Positions 1 through 9,903 of a DNA stretch of 64,000 nt are shown here, in pieces. Below the pieces are notes generated by a model. The model made no database searches. It was not told the DNA's origin and worked only from the letters and a program-made list of their open reading frames with translations. The DNA is taken from positions 1 to 64,000 of IMG/VR virus record IMGVR_UViG_2931642416_000001; one strand, given 5' to 3'. The translations under genes were made by a program, and so were the position numbers. The stretch's first letter is position 1. The number at the start of each line of letters is the position of its first letter. The DNA comes from a virus. Taxonomy: Duplodnaviria > Caudoviricetes.

Positions 1-1554
1 CTAACCCACCTTGGCGATCTTCCGGCTGAGTCGCCTTCCGCCGATGCGAGGGATCAACGGAGTAGCCAAGGACGACACGGCCTTCTCCCTGTACGGCTCC
101 AGTAGTCGGTTCATCAGCGGCACACTTGAGCGCCGCGGAAGGCCGAATTCCGACCAGAGCCGCTCCAACTCGGCCCGCTGCATTAGCGCCGTCTCCCAGC
201 GCTGCTGCTGCGTCTCCACCACGCTGTCCCGCATCAGGTCGGTGCCATGCGTGTAGTGATCCCGCATCAGCGCCTTGACCCGCTCGTGGTCTTGGACGTA
301 GTGCCCCATTCGCTCATCCCGGATGATGTCTGGAATGCGGTCCTCGGCCATCCACGTCTGCTGCGTGTGCCGCAGCCAGTGCGTCGTCAAGCCCTTCCGG
401 ATCGGCAGCCACACCGCCACGGGAGTATCGGGCGACAGGCGCTTGTGCGCCCGGCCGCGCTCGATGATCGGTGGAACCTCGAAGGGCCCCCCTTCGGCAA
501 CTGGCCACGGATCCACAGGCACACCGGGCCAGCCCTGCGACAGGTCGACCATGACCGGCAGGGAAGGCTTCGGATTCTTGCCGCCTCTCCCTGGCCACCA
601 GCCATCCGCAGCGGGGCGGATGAAGCGCCGGCCGAAGTTGCTGCGGCGCGGATGCCCTCCATCGGGGCCGAGGAGCAGATAGTCGCGGCCCGTGCACCAC
701 TCTGGCTCACCCGGCTTGCGGTCCCGCGGCTTACACGTACAGCGCCGCGGCTTGATGTCAGCCAAGAGGTCGAGCAGGAACGGCGGCAGATCCAGCTCGC
801 GCAGCGACCCGTCCTTCGGGATGCCGCGATAGAAGCCGTTCAACTCATACAGCTTCCGCGCGATGTCGAGCTGGCCCTCGTCCGTCAGGTAGTCAGGTCC
901 CAGAGCCAGGGCCTCGCCCCATCGCACGCCGCCGAACGCGTACAGCAGCTCCAGGACGAGATCGTCGTCCTGGCCGCTGATTGCGGCCAGCCGTTCGGCG
1001 TAGAGGATCACCTCCAAGGGGGTGGGGACGTCCTTGGCCTTCTGCTTGGCCTGGGCTTGCTCCACCCGCCGCACCCCGCGCCGGCCCTTGGCCTTCTCCT
1101 TCACAGCCGGGTTGAACTGGATGCGGTGAGGGATGGCGGCGTTCAGGCACGTTGCCAGGGTGATGCGGGCGTCCTTCGCGGTACGGGGCGCGTACTCATG
1201 GACCTTGACGATGTCCTTCTCCCACGCATCGATCTCTTCTCGGGAGTGGGCGACAGCGGCGAGGCTGCGCCCTTGGAACGTGGGGAGGATGTGGTGTTCG
1301 AGGTAGTACCGGTAGTTGGTCATGGTCGACGGCTCAAGGTCGAGCGAGGCGTACCAGAGGTTGACGTAGTCCTCGAAGAGGATCTGTCCGGCCTTCGGAT
1401 CCACGTACCGGTTGGCGCGGATGGATGACTCCTGGTCCTGCCAGAACTTGTCCGCGGACTTCTTGGTGAGGAAGCCGGACATGGATTCGACCTTGCCGGA
1501 TGGAGCGTGCCAGCGGGCACGCCAGAATCCGCCGCGCTTCTCGGACCAGCCCAT
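1..1554 (-). CDS. int: Tyrosine integrase
   Basis: N-terminal arm-binding-like WRARW..GF.TKK.A; catalytic R (VRWGE), K (PKDG), HxxR (HWLRH), MGH, Y (HYTH). AGGAG RBS upstream of ATG at 1554. Confidence 0.92.
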   Translation of the reverse strand: MGWSEKRGGFWRARWHAPSGKVESMSGFLTKKSADKFWQDQESSIRANRYVDPKAGQILFEDYVNLWYASLDLEPSTMTNYRYYLEHHILPTFQGRSLAAVAHSREEIDAWEKDIVKVHEYAPRTAKDARITLATCLNAAIPHRIQFNPAVKEKAKGRRGVRRVEQAQAKQKAKDVPTPLEVILYAERLAAISGQDDDLVLELLYAFGGVRWGEALALGPDYLTDEGQLDIARKLYELNGFYRGIPKDGSLRELDLPPFLLDLLADIKPRRCTCKPRDRKPGEPEWCTGRDYLLLGPDGGHPRRSNFGRRFIRPAADGWWPGRGGKNPKPSLPVMVDLSQGWPGVPVDPWPVAEGGPFEVPPIIERGRAHKRLSPDTPVAVWLPIRKGLTTHWLRHTQQTWMAEDRIPDIIRDERMGHYVQDHERVKALMRDHYTHGTDLMRDSVVETQQQRWETALMQRAELERLWSEFGLPRRSSVPLMNRLLEPYREKAVSSLATPLIPRIGGRRLSRKIAKVG

Positions 1555-1595
1555 AGGGGAGCTCCTTGTGGGGGATTGCGAGGGATGGGTGTCGT

Positions 1596-2330
1596 CTAGG
1601 AAATCACGCACAGATCGAGGAGCGGGTCCAGATCCACGTGAAGGGTGCAATCCTGCGTCGACACCGTGGAAGGCGCCTCCGTGGAGGCGGAGGGTGGGGC
1701 GTGTGTCTCTGTGGAGCTTGTAGGTGTGTGTCTGGGTGGAGCCTCTGTTCGCCGAGGACGCGGATCCGAAGGCGTCAGCGATTCGGCGGGGGCGGTCCGT
1801 TCCAGGGTGGGCGTGCTGCTGTTGCTTGGCCGACGAGGAGACTTAGCAGGCGATGGGTGTGAGGTTCTGGCCGGCGGGGTTGGCGGGGAAGGAATTCCTT
1901 CCTTCGATGCCTGCTGAGGGTGCGGCGTGTGGGGAGATCGGGCGGGCTTGTGGGATGGGCTGGCATAGGACGGTGGATAGGGGGTGGGCGTGACCATGAC
2001 GGTCACGCTCGGTTGAGACCCGACCTCGTGGGGCTCTTCCTTCTTGAAGACAGGAGGAAGCCCTGTGGCCAGCACCGCGCCCGAGGTAGCGGCCACGATC
2101 GACGTCACTAGCTGGTGTTGGCGGATCCACTTGGTGTGCCCGATGACCCACCCCACGAGGAGAGGAATCAAAGTGCGAAGGCGGAGTTCGACGTAGGTGC
2201 CGCGCAGGTCTTGCTCGTTGGAGTTCAGGATGACGACTGCGTCTTCGTCTTCCTGGAGGGGAATTGCGACGGCGGCGAGTTCGGACGGAAGGTCCAGCCG
2301 TAATGGAATGGAACGAATTTCATCGCTCAC
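1596..2330 (-). CDS. Pro/Ser/Thr-rich membrane-anchored hypothetical protein
   Basis: Hydrophobic segments followed by a Pro-rich linker; overlaps the upstream ORF stop, between repressor and integrase. Confidence 0.6.
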   Translation of the reverse strand: MSDEIRSIPLRLDLPSELAAVAIPLQEDEDAVVILNSNEQDLRGTYVELRLRTLIPLLVGWVIGHTKWIRQHQLVTSIVAATSGAVLATGLPPVFKKEEPHEVGSQPSVTVMVTPTPYPPSYASPSHKPARSPHTPHPQQASKEGIPSPPTPPARTSHPSPAKSPRRPSNSSTPTLERTAPAESLTPSDPRPRRTEAPPRHTPTSSTETHAPPSASTEAPSTVSTQDCTLHVDLDPLLDLCVIS

Positions 2331-2772
2331 TCCGGACCTCCCTTACCAAGCTGCGGCAGAAGTTCCAGAGCCACTGCTCTCGTTCGCGGTCCGTTTTTCC
2401 TTGCGGGTTAAGAAGTAGGGGAACGGTCACGCCGTCGATCACGACCGCGATCGTCTTGCGGCGGGCATTCTTTGGTCTGCGAAGAGCTTGCACGAAGGCG
2501 CGCGGAGGGGTGCTCAGCTCCTCCTGCTCCCCGAGGCCGGGGTGCTCCAGTTCTGCGAGGAGTTCGTGCATCAGTCCGCGGTCCTTGCGGGTGACGCGGG
2601 CGTATCGCACGGCCTTGCCGATGAGGGTTTTGCGTACATCACCTCCTCTGCTGTTGCCGTTGGGAGGGTTGGTGTCGTCGTTGTCGCGAGATGCCACTCC
2701 GGACGCCTCCTGAGGGTGGAGAGTGCGGCTGCGATCCCTCGCCATATGAGCTGTCGGGTCTACACATACCAC
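2320..2772 (-). CDS. Hypothetical protein (start uncertain)
   Basis: ORF co-oriented with repressor and integrase; GGAG RBS for the next gene at its 3' end. Confidence 0.5.
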   Translation of the reverse strand: MVCVDPTAHMARDRSRTLHPQEASGVASRDNDDTNPPNGNSRGGDVRKTLIGKAVRYARVTRKDRGLMHELLAELEHPGLGEQEELSTPPRAFVQALRRPKNARRKTIAVVIDGVTVPLLLNPQGKTDREREQWLWNFCRSLVREVRSER

Positions 2773-2849
2773 GCTGTAAAGGCGTATTTGGTCCAGACCT
2801 TAAAGCTTGGTGTAATGAATCCGTTACAAAGAGTGCTCTACAGAAGTTT

Positions 2850-3317
2850 CTACGCGCCCCGCTTGTCTCGCAAAAGCTTCTTGATTAGCTCGTTCTGCTC
2901 ATCCATCTTCTTGTTCAACTCCGCCAACCGCTCATCCGTGCGTCTCTGTGCCTGCTCAAGCAGAGCACGCAACTGTGGAGTGATCGGCGAATCGTCCTCG
3001 CCGGCCCTGTCGGGTGTGGTGACGGTGCCAGGAGTCTCTCTGTGTGCGGATCGAGACTCGCCGACGATGTGAGGCTCTCCGCCTCGAAGCACCTCGTGCG
3101 CACTCCCGGATTGCCATTGGAGTGCTCGTTCGAGCTGCGCGAGGACCCGATCTTCATATGAAGACTGCCTAGCGTTTTCGATCTTGCTGACTACGCCGGT
3201 GGATGGGCCACCTGCTGCGCTCACGTCGGGCTGGCTCATCCCGAGGTCGATGCGTCTCTGGCGGGCCTGTTGCCCGAGCCTCACCCAGGCTTCCCGTGGG
3301 TACGTGGTGTCGCTCAT
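2850..3317 (-). CDS. XRE-family HTH immunity repressor
   Basis: RRIDLGMSQPDVSAAGGPSTGVVSKIEN HTH; divergent from early genes. Confidence 0.85.
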   Translation of the reverse strand: MSDTTYPREAWVRLGQQARQRRIDLGMSQPDVSAAGGPSTGVVSKIENARQSSYEDRVLAQLERALQWQSGSAHEVLRGGEPHIVGESRSAHRETPGTVTTPDRAGEDDSPITPQLRALLEQAQRRTDERLAELNKKMDEQNELIKKLLRDKRGA

Positions 3318-3404
3318 GACCTCTGCATCCTGACTGTCGCCGGGGGGAGATCTGAGGGGCTGTCCCCGAGTCAGACAGGACTTTACGGGTTTCGGCGCGC
3401 ATTG

Positions 3405-3520
3405 GCGAGTCTTCGCATGTAGAGGCGCGTGTCAACATGCGGACACATGTCCTGACTCGCATGCGTGTGCGAGTCAAAACATGCGAAAGCTTGCGAACGC
3501 ATGCGAGCGGGGCTAGTTTG
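3405..3520. promoter_or_regulatory. Lysis/lysogeny switch region with repeated CGCATG/CATGCG operator-like motifs
   Basis: TTCGCATGT, AACATGCGG, CTCGCATGCGTGTGCGAG, AACATGCGAA and ACGCATGCGAG cluster between divergent repressor and HTH genes. Confidence 0.6.
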
Positions 3521-3525
3521 AAGCC

Positions 3526-3765
3526 ATGGAAGTCACCAGCGACGACGCCAGAGCGTTCGAGCAGGCGAAGGAACAGATCCTCTACACAGCAGAGGAAGCT
3601 GCAGCCCTTGTGCAGCTCACGCCCTATTGGCTGAAGTTCAGGGCGCGACAGGGACTCATCCCCCATCGCCGCGTTGGACGTCTCCTGCGCTTCGCCCGCG
3701 AAGACCTTGAGGCGATCAAGGACATGTCGGCGCAGCCGGTGAAAGCCGGCCAGGAGTCAGCATGA
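3526..3765 (+). CDS. HTH_17 excisionase/Cro-like DNA-binding protein
   Basis: YTAEEAAALV...IPHRRVGRLLRFAREDL signature. Confidence 0.8.
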   Translation: MEVTSDDARAFEQAKEQILYTAEEAAALVQLTPYWLKFRARQGLIPHRRVGRLLRFAREDLEAIKDMSAQPVKAGQESA

Positions 3766-4106
3766 GCGGGTTGGAGAAGCTCTACACGACCCGCGACCTC
3801 GCTGATCGCTACCAGTGTGAGCCGCGAGCCGTAGCTCGCATGGCCTCGCTCGGCAGGTGGCCGTCTCGGATGATCCTCGGTGAGTACCGGTTCACGGCCG
3901 AGATGGTCGAGTGGATCGACACTCAGCAGGAGCGTTGGCCGCAGAACGAGCCCGCCCCTGTGGAAGCGCCTCAGCCGAAGCCGCAGCCGGCGCGACAGCC
4001 CAGGCAACGGCGTACGCCTCAGCCTCCTCCGCTGCCCAACGCCAGCAGCAACGTGCGCCCGCTAGTCGCCAAGGAGCACCCCAAGAGGGTCCGGAGGGTG
4101 TCGTGA
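3762..4106 (+). CDS. HTH_17-like DNA-binding protein
   Basis: LYTTRDLADRY...GEYRFT; ATGA overlap with the previous gene. Confidence 0.7.
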   Translation: MSGLEKLYTTRDLADRYQCEPRAVARMASLGRWPSRMILGEYRFTAEMVEWIDTQQERWPQNEPAPVEAPQPKPQPARQPRQRRTPQPPPLPNASSNVRPLVAKEHPKRVRRVS

Positions 4107-4891
4107 GCGAAATTCAGTTGTTCGACAACGGCGAGTTCGAGCTCCGAATCGTTCCGGACGGCGACTCGTTCAAGGTTCAGGCTCCTGGCCTGGCCCGCTC
4201 GCTCGGCTTCAACGAGGCGCGTGACATGCTCCGCACCGTCCCCGAGGACGAGAAAGGGTCGGAGATAGCTCCGACCCTTGGCGGTAACCAGCAGGTTTGG
4301 CACGTCTCCGAAGCCGGCTTCTACCGCGTGATGGGTCAGCGGCAGGCGGCCCGCATCAAGAACGACGCCATCCGGAAGCAGGTGACCCGCTTCCAAAAGT
4401 GGGTGTTCGGCGACGTGCTGCCCCGGCTGCGCCGCGGCGAACTGGTCGCGCAGACCCGCACGCCCATCCCAGAGGACTACGCAGCAGCGCTTCGCCGTCT
4501 CGCCGACGAGGTCGACGCGCGAGCCATCGCAGAGAAGCAGCGCGACGAGCTGCTGCCTCTCGCTGAAGCGTGGTCGGACTTGATGGAAGCCGACGGCACC
4601 TTCGACTGGGCCGCGGTGGCGCAGATCTTCGCCCGGATCACGGGCGGCTTGGGCCGGAACAACTTCTTGGACCTGCTGCGCAGCGACGACCTGAAGATCC
4701 TGAAGGCGAACAACACGCCGTATCAGTTCAAGGGCATGGACCGCTTCTTCAAGGTCATCCCCACGAAGGCCGGCAGGGACGCGACCCCGACGACGCGTGT
4801 CACTGCTGACGGCCTGGATTGGCTGCGCAAGCGGCTGATCAAGCACTTCAACCATCAGTCGACGCTGTTCGCGATCGGAGAGATCGCGTGA
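4103..4891 (+). CDS. Phage antirepressor (BRO-N plus ANT/KilA-C)
   Basis: LFDNGEFELR...TLGGNQQVWHVSEAGFY...FQKWVFGDVLPRLR (BRO-N); C-terminal LGRNNFLDLLR...NTPYQ...TTRVTADGL (ANT). GTG start at 4103. Confidence 0.88.
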   Translation: MSEIQLFDNGEFELRIVPDGDSFKVQAPGLARSLGFNEARDMLRTVPEDEKGSEIAPTLGGNQQVWHVSEAGFYRVMGQRQAARIKNDAIRKQVTRFQKWVFGDVLPRLRRGELVAQTRTPIPEDYAAALRRLADEVDARAIAEKQRDELLPLAEAWSDLMEADGTFDWAAVAQIFARITGGLGRNNFLDLLRSDDLKILKANNTPYQFKGMDRFFKVIPTKAGRDATPTTRVTADGLDWLRKRLIKHFNHQSTLFAIGEIA

Positions 4892-5121
4892 CCGCCGTCG
4901 AGCGGTGGGGAGCCGCCTACCTGACGCTGGGCCTGTCGATGCGGATGTCGGAGCTCGGCAAGTCGGACCTCGCCGAGATCGACCGGGACGACGCCAGGGA
5001 CTGGTTTGTCCCCGCACAGCGCACCCCTACCCCCTGACATGCCGCGAGGCCCAGCAACGCCATGCCGGACCTCGCGAGACCCCGCTCTATTGAGCTCCTG
5101 TGAGAGAGGAGAGCAGGACCT

Positions 5122-5421
5122 ATGACAGCCATCATCGCATCTGCCCCCGACCAGGCGGCGTTAACGCCTGAGGTCGGCCGAGTGCTCGATGCACTCGCTC
5201 TGTACGCCTACACCAACCAGCTCGACCAAGGCGGCCGGCACGCCCGTGCGGCGCTGATCGTCGCAGTGCTGGCTTCGCTCGGGATCGACGCGGCCGACGC
5301 GCTGGACCTGGTGGAGTACGGCGGCGACCTTGTCCGCGACATCCGGCCCCAGGTCGACGCGCTGATCGACCAGGCGCGACGCGCTGACCTCGCGGCTCAG
5401 ATGGGCGAGGTGCTGGCATGA
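5122..5421 (+). CDS. Hypothetical phage protein
   Basis: AGGA-rich RBS; coupled to the next gene. Confidence 0.6.
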   Translation: MTAIIASAPDQAALTPEVGRVLDALALYAYTNQLDQGGRHARAALIVAVLASLGIDAADALDLVEYGGDLVRDIRPQVDALIDQARRADLAAQMGEVLA

Positions 5422-5675
5422 CCGTCACGATCGCGCCCGTCCTGGTAGCCGAGTTCCAGGTGCGAGGCACCTGCCTCGACTCCGAGGGCGACGAGCAGAT
5501 GGCCACCGAGCCTGTGGACGGCATCGCTGAGGCGCACATGCAGTGCGCTCGGATCCTCGAATACCAGGAGGCGAACGGCCTGCCTGAGGACGCGACGGTC
5601 TGGTGGCGTCCCGGAGTCGGCCACGCCTGGCAGAAGTGGGCGCCCCTCGCCGAGCAGGCGGGAGCGAGCGCATGA
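5418..5675 (+). CDS. Hypothetical phage protein
   Basis: ATGA overlaps at both ends. Confidence 0.6.
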   Translation: MTVTIAPVLVAEFQVRGTCLDSEGDEQMATEPVDGIAEAHMQCARILEYQEANGLPEDATVWWRPGVGHAWQKWAPLAEQAGASA

Positions 5676-5971
5676 GCGACTTCGAGATCCGCTTCGAGGA
5701 CCCTCCACGGTCCACCAGAAGGTGGGCGAAGGCTCTCCCGTTCGACTACGAGCAGGTAGCCGTCACCTTGTGTGCACGTCCGGGGGAGTGGGCGTTCATC
5801 GGCGCGACCGCCACGCCTACGCGGGCTGGCGGCGTAGCCCAGCGCATCCGTGACGGGGTGGTTGAGGCGCTGGCCGCCCATGGCGAGTTTGACGCCGTCT
5901 CCCGGACGGTTGATGGCGAGTACCGCGTCTACGCCCGGTTCCTGGGCGAGGCCGGCGAGGTGGCGTCGTGA
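5672..5971 (+). CDS. Hypothetical phage protein
   Basis: RPGEWA...RVYARF motif of a type seen in actinophages; coupled stop/start. Confidence 0.6.
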   Translation: MSDFEIRFEDPPRSTRRWAKALPFDYEQVAVTLCARPGEWAFIGATATPTRAGGVAQRIRDGVVEALAAHGEFDAVSRTVDGEYRVYARFLGEAGEVAS

Positions 5972-6177
5972 CCTCCAACTGGCTGTCCATCACTGACGCC
6001 GCCGTCGTGCTGCGCCTCACCGACCACCAGGTGCTGGAGATGGCCGTGGCCGGCGAACTCCACTCCCGTCTGGACGTGGACCGGCGAGAGGTGTGCGCCG
6101 GCGCTGTAGCCGCATGGCGGGAGCAGTCCCGCCCCCTCCAGACCTACACCCCCAACGACGAGAGAGACGAGCACTGA
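5968..6177 (+). CDS. Small HTH_17-like protein
   Basis: WLSITDAAVVLRLT...GEL. Confidence 0.55.
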   Translation: MTSNWLSITDAAVVLRLTDHQVLEMAVAGELHSRLDVDRREVCAGAVAAWREQSRPLQTYTPNDERDEH

Positions 6178-7202
6178 TGGCGATCAGGACCCGTAGGCCC
6201 ACGGGTGCGGTGCCGTGGCCGCTGATCCTCCTGGAGGGCGGCGAGAAGGCCGGCAAGAGCTGGGCCGCCGCCGAGCTGTCCGCCTCCGACAAGGTCGGCC
6301 AGACGTACTGGATCGACCTCAACGAGGGCGCCGCCGACGAGTACGGCGCCATCCCCGGCGCCCGCTACCTCGTGGTGGAGCACAACGGCACCTGGGCGGA
6401 CATCCTCGGGCAGGTCGCTGAGATTCGCCAGGAAGCAGCCCGCGCTGCCGCCGCCGGCGAGCCGCCCGTCGTGCTGGTCATCGACTCGATGACCGCCGAG
6501 TGGGACCTGCTGAAGGACTGGGCGGCGAACCGCGCCAAGGGGTCGAGGTCGAACCAGCAACGGCTGCAGCGGGACCCGAACGCCGAAGTGCAGATCCCGA
6601 TGAACCTCTGGAACGACGCCACGGCAAGGCACCGCCGCCTCATGACGATGCTGATGACCTTCCCCGGGATCGTCGTCATGACCGCCCGAGGCAAGGAAGT
6701 CGCCTCGCTCGACAGCTCCGGCAGGCCCGTCGAGGGCAGCAAGGACTACAAGGTTGAGGGGCACAAGAACCTCGCCTTCGACGCGTCCGTGTGGGTGCGG
6801 CTGTCGCGCGACCACCCGCCGATCGTGGTGGGCGCCCGCTCCGTCCACGCCGGCATCAAACCGGGAGTGGACAAGCCGCAGCCGATGCCGGACTTCACGC
6901 TGGAGCGGCTCATCTTCGACGCGCTCAAGTGCGACCCGTCCGCGGCGAACGTGCGCGACATGACGGAGATGAAGCCGGGCGCTGAGTCGCCTGACCTGGA
7001 CAACCTGTCGGAGGCGGCGAAGCGGCTGCTGGGCGAGGCGGAGGACGCCGCCAACGTCGAAGCGCTGCGCCTGGTGTGGACGGCCACGGGGCCGCTGGCG
7101 AAGGCGGGCGAGATCACGCCTGCCGAGGCCGACTATGTGCGGCAGCGCATCGCCCAACTCCAGCAGCAGATGGGCGCCGAGTCGAACGGGGCCGCCGCGT
7201 GA
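6177..7202 (+). CDS. RecA-like AAA_24/Sak4-type ATPase (recombination)
   Basis: Walker A GGEKAGKS, Walker B LVIDS. Confidence 0.8.
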   Translation: MAIRTRRPTGAVPWPLILLEGGEKAGKSWAAAELSASDKVGQTYWIDLNEGAADEYGAIPGARYLVVEHNGTWADILGQVAEIRQEAARAAAAGEPPVVLVIDSMTAEWDLLKDWAANRAKGSRSNQQRLQRDPNAEVQIPMNLWNDATARHRRLMTMLMTFPGIVVMTARGKEVASLDSSGRPVEGSKDYKVEGHKNLAFDASVWVRLSRDHPPIVVGARSVHAGIKPGVDKPQPMPDFTLERLIFDALKCDPSAANVRDMTEMKPGAESPDLDNLSEAAKRLLGEAEDAANVEALRLVWTATGPLAKAGEITPAEADYVRQRIAQLQQQMGAESNGAAA

Positions 7203-7789
7203 ACGCCAAGATGCACGCCTTGAAGACAGGCGCCGCCAAGGTGCTGGTCGACATCGTCACCGAAGGCTACGAGCAGCTCCGCAAGGACGCCGAACCTGTG
7301 TTCGCCGACCTGCGGAAGGACACCGACTCCAAGGGGCTCGCGGTCAAGCTGCTCGACGGCACGGAGATCGGGGCCATCGCAATCTACGACGGGCCGCCCA
7401 AGACGCAGGTGAACATGGCGGCGGTCGCGGCGATCGTCGCCAACGATGACCCAGACGCGTTCGTCGAAGAACTCACCCCCGAGGCGCTTGAAGACGAGAC
7501 GCTGCGTGAGTTCCTCCGCGACCACATGCCGCACCTGCTGAGGATGCGGATCCGTGAGGATCACCTGAAGAAGCTGCTGAAGCGGATCGACGCCAACGGC
7601 TACCTGAAGGACAAGGCCGGCACTCGGATCAAGGTGGCGGAGGTGACCCGGGGGGAGCCGACCGGGAAGTTCGCGTTCAGTGCCGGGCCTGGCGCGCGGG
7701 AGCTGGTGTGGCAGGCGTGGCAGGACGGCACGCTGCAGCCGGTGCTCGGCGATCTGCTCCGTCCCGCTATCGAAGCGGGGGAGCAGTGA
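7199..7789 (+). CDS. Hypothetical phage protein
   Basis: GTGA overlap with the ATPase gene; typical codon usage. Confidence 0.6.
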   Translation: MNAKMHALKTGAAKVLVDIVTEGYEQLRKDAEPVFADLRKDTDSKGLAVKLLDGTEIGAIAIYDGPPKTQVNMAAVAAIVANDDPDAFVEELTPEALEDETLREFLRDHMPHLLRMRIREDHLKKLLKRIDANGYLKDKAGTRIKVAEVTRGEPTGKFAFSAGPGARELVWQAWQDGTLQPVLGDLLRPAIEAGEQ

Positions 7790-8445
7790 AGCCCGGCGGG
7801 CCGCTGAAGCGGTACACGGAGCTGAAGGCGAAGTCGCCGATGAAGCGCGGCAAGGGCTTCAAGGCCGCAGGCGAGGCGATCAAGCGCAAGGCCGGGCCGC
7901 AGACCGCCCCGAAGGCGGTCATTGACATCGTCAAGGAGCGCTCGGACGGCGCCTGCGAGATCGGGCTCAAGTGCTTCGGCTGCGCGCCGGCCACCGAGAC
8001 GCCGCACCGGCGCGGCAAGGGCTCGGGCGGTGTAGGCAGAAAGAACTCCACGTCGAACGTGGCGTCGAACCTACTGCGCGGGTGCGCCGCCTGCCATGAC
8101 CTCATCGACGACGTCGCCCCCGCCGATGCTGCGCGGATCGGGTTGAAGGTGCTGCATGGCGTGGCCCACCCCTACGAGATCCCGGTCAGGCACTGGCGGT
8201 TCGGGTGGGTGCTGCTCGACAACGAGGGCGGGTACCGTCCCGCACCGATCGAGGCATGCACTCCTGGCGACCTGCTTCCGGTGATCGCGGTCGACGTGTG
8301 GGACCTGATCCAGCAGAACGGCGCCTTCATCGAGGCGATGGAGCGGTTCGGGCACCTGCAGTGTCCTGGTTGGAGCACTCCGAGGGTCGGCCTGTTCACC
8401 TGCGGGTGCGGCTCCACGCCCTTCTACCTGGAAGAGGTGGCGTGA
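7786..8445 (+). CDS. HNH-type endonuclease
   Basis: CEIGLKC...HRRGKGSGG...SNLLRGCAACHD. Confidence 0.7.
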   Translation: MKPGGPLKRYTELKAKSPMKRGKGFKAAGEAIKRKAGPQTAPKAVIDIVKERSDGACEIGLKCFGCAPATETPHRRGKGSGGVGRKNSTSNVASNLLRGCAACHDLIDDVAPADAARIGLKVLHGVAHPYEIPVRHWRFGWVLLDNEGGYRPAPIEACTPGDLLPVIAVDVWDLIQQNGAFIEAMERFGHLQCPGWSTPRVGLFTCGCGSTPFYLEEVA

Positions 8446-8774
8446 TGCTGCCCTCCCTGTACTGCCTCGGCTGCGGCACCGACGCGCCGCACCAGTCTCT
8501 CGGCGGCAGCGAGGCGGCCTGCACCTCGTGTGGCACGGTCCGCGAGGCCGAAGCCGACCAGGTAGCCGTCGAGGACATGGCGTTCTGCGACACCTGCCGG
8601 GAGACCCGGCCGGCCGGGCACGTCTGCTACCCGGACGCTCCGCCATGCGAGTCGCGCACGCACCTGCTCAGCCGGTGCGGCATGTGCCCGACCGACCTCG
8701 CTCTCCAGGCGAAGGACCTCGCCCGCCGTGCCGAGTACGAGCACGGCAGCCCTTCCGACCTCTACACCCCCTGA
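8445..8774 (+). CDS. Cys-rich (zinc-finger) hypothetical protein
   Basis: Four CxxC motifs. Confidence 0.55.
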   Translation: MLPSLYCLGCGTDAPHQSLGGSEAACTSCGTVREAEADQVAVEDMAFCDTCRETRPAGHVCYPDAPPCESRTHLLSRCGMCPTDLALQAKDLARRAEYEHGSPSDLYTP

Positions 8775-8784
8775 GGAGATCGCC

Positions 8785-9192
8785 ATGACGCACGTAGACG
8801 ACCTGTACGAGCCGGGCGACGACCGAGAGCCGGAGCCGGACGAGCAGGCTGTTCCGCCGCTCGATCTGGACAACCTGGAGAAGCTGTACGACCTCGCGAA
8901 CGAGCCGGGCGGGCCTCTCGCGTGGCGGCAGGTGGTGTACATGGAGGTGCCCGCTCTGATCGCGGAGCTTCGTGAGGCCCGCCGGCGGATCGCCGAGTTC
9001 GAGGCGCTGCCGACCCGCGAGGAGTGGGCGGGAACCGTCTCCCGCAACGAGCCTCCCGAGCCTGGCAAGACCGTCTTCTACCGCGACGTCGAGACGGCCG
9101 AGAAGGACACAGCGACGAACGCCGCCCAGTTGTGGCGGCGGATGCTCTCGGCCCACCCGTGGGAGCCGATCGACTCCAAGCCTCCCTTCTAG
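8785..9192 (+). CDS. Hypothetical phage protein
   Basis: GAGGAG RBS; VPALIAELREARRR (Ead/Ea22-like tail). Confidence 0.55.
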   Translation: MTHVDDLYEPGDDREPEPDEQAVPPLDLDNLEKLYDLANEPGGPLAWRQVVYMEVPALIAELREARRRIAEFEALPTREEWAGTVSRNEPPEPGKTVFYRDVETAEKDTATNAAQLWRRMLSAHPWEPIDSKPPF

Positions 9193-9269
9193 ACCTTCCC
9201 TCCCTGCCGTGCCCGCTCGGGGGCGGGCGCGGCTCTCCCAAGACCTCAACACACCCCAGGAGATCCACG

Positions 9270-9692
9270 ATGACTCAGCCGTACACGGCCCTGCTCGACC
9301 AGTTCCAGCCCGCCTCGCTGCCCCTCACGGACCGGTCCGCCCAGTACCTGCGCGACACGGTCAAGCTCGTCGAGACCGAAATCGCCCGCCTGATCGAGGC
9401 GGAGGCCCACTACCTGCAGGAGGCCGCCGGGGCGAAGGCGGTCCGGGAACTACTGGAAGCGTCCCGCGACAGCTACACCAAGGGACTCGGCGAGCACGCC
9501 GGGTCGGATCAGCCGCAGCGCTGGCCGATCGACCCGGCCATCGCGCTGGGCCACGCCGAGACCTGCGCTCACTGCGGCGGGTCGATGAGGTGGGCGGAGA
9601 CGCATGGCTTCGTCCACGAGGTGGACGGCTGGTGGGTGCCCGCCGGCGAGTCGTGCCAGCAGCCTCAGAGCGTCGGACAGGGCGAGTCATGA
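9270..9692 (+). CDS. Hypothetical coiled-coil plus zinc-ribbon protein
   Basis: CAGGAG RBS; CAHCG motif. Confidence 0.55.
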   Translation: MTQPYTALLDQFQPASLPLTDRSAQYLRDTVKLVETEIARLIEAEAHYLQEAAGAKAVRELLEASRDSYTKGLGEHAGSDQPQRWPIDPAIALGHAETCAHCGGSMRWAETHGFVHEVDGWWVPAGESCQQPQSVGQGES

Positions 9693-9903
9693 CCAGCCGC
9701 CACCTCGCCGCCTTACCTGCCGCTCCGTTCGCCCGCCACACGGGCTGCCACCGTCGCCGCCGCTTCTGGCAGGTGCTCGCCGCTCCAGGCGAGCAGGTCG
9801 TGGACGACTTCTCCCGCCCGCGACAGGCGACCGCCCCGGTCTCCGTGGCCGACGACCTGATCCCCTTCCGCCGCAACCCCTACGACTCCTCGAAGGACGC
9901 AGC

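Noticed and set aside
247-1428. Long antisense ORFs (also 15399-16658, 30398-31831, 45569-47245 and others)
   Set aside because: Shadow frames of well-supported genes in high-GC DNA.
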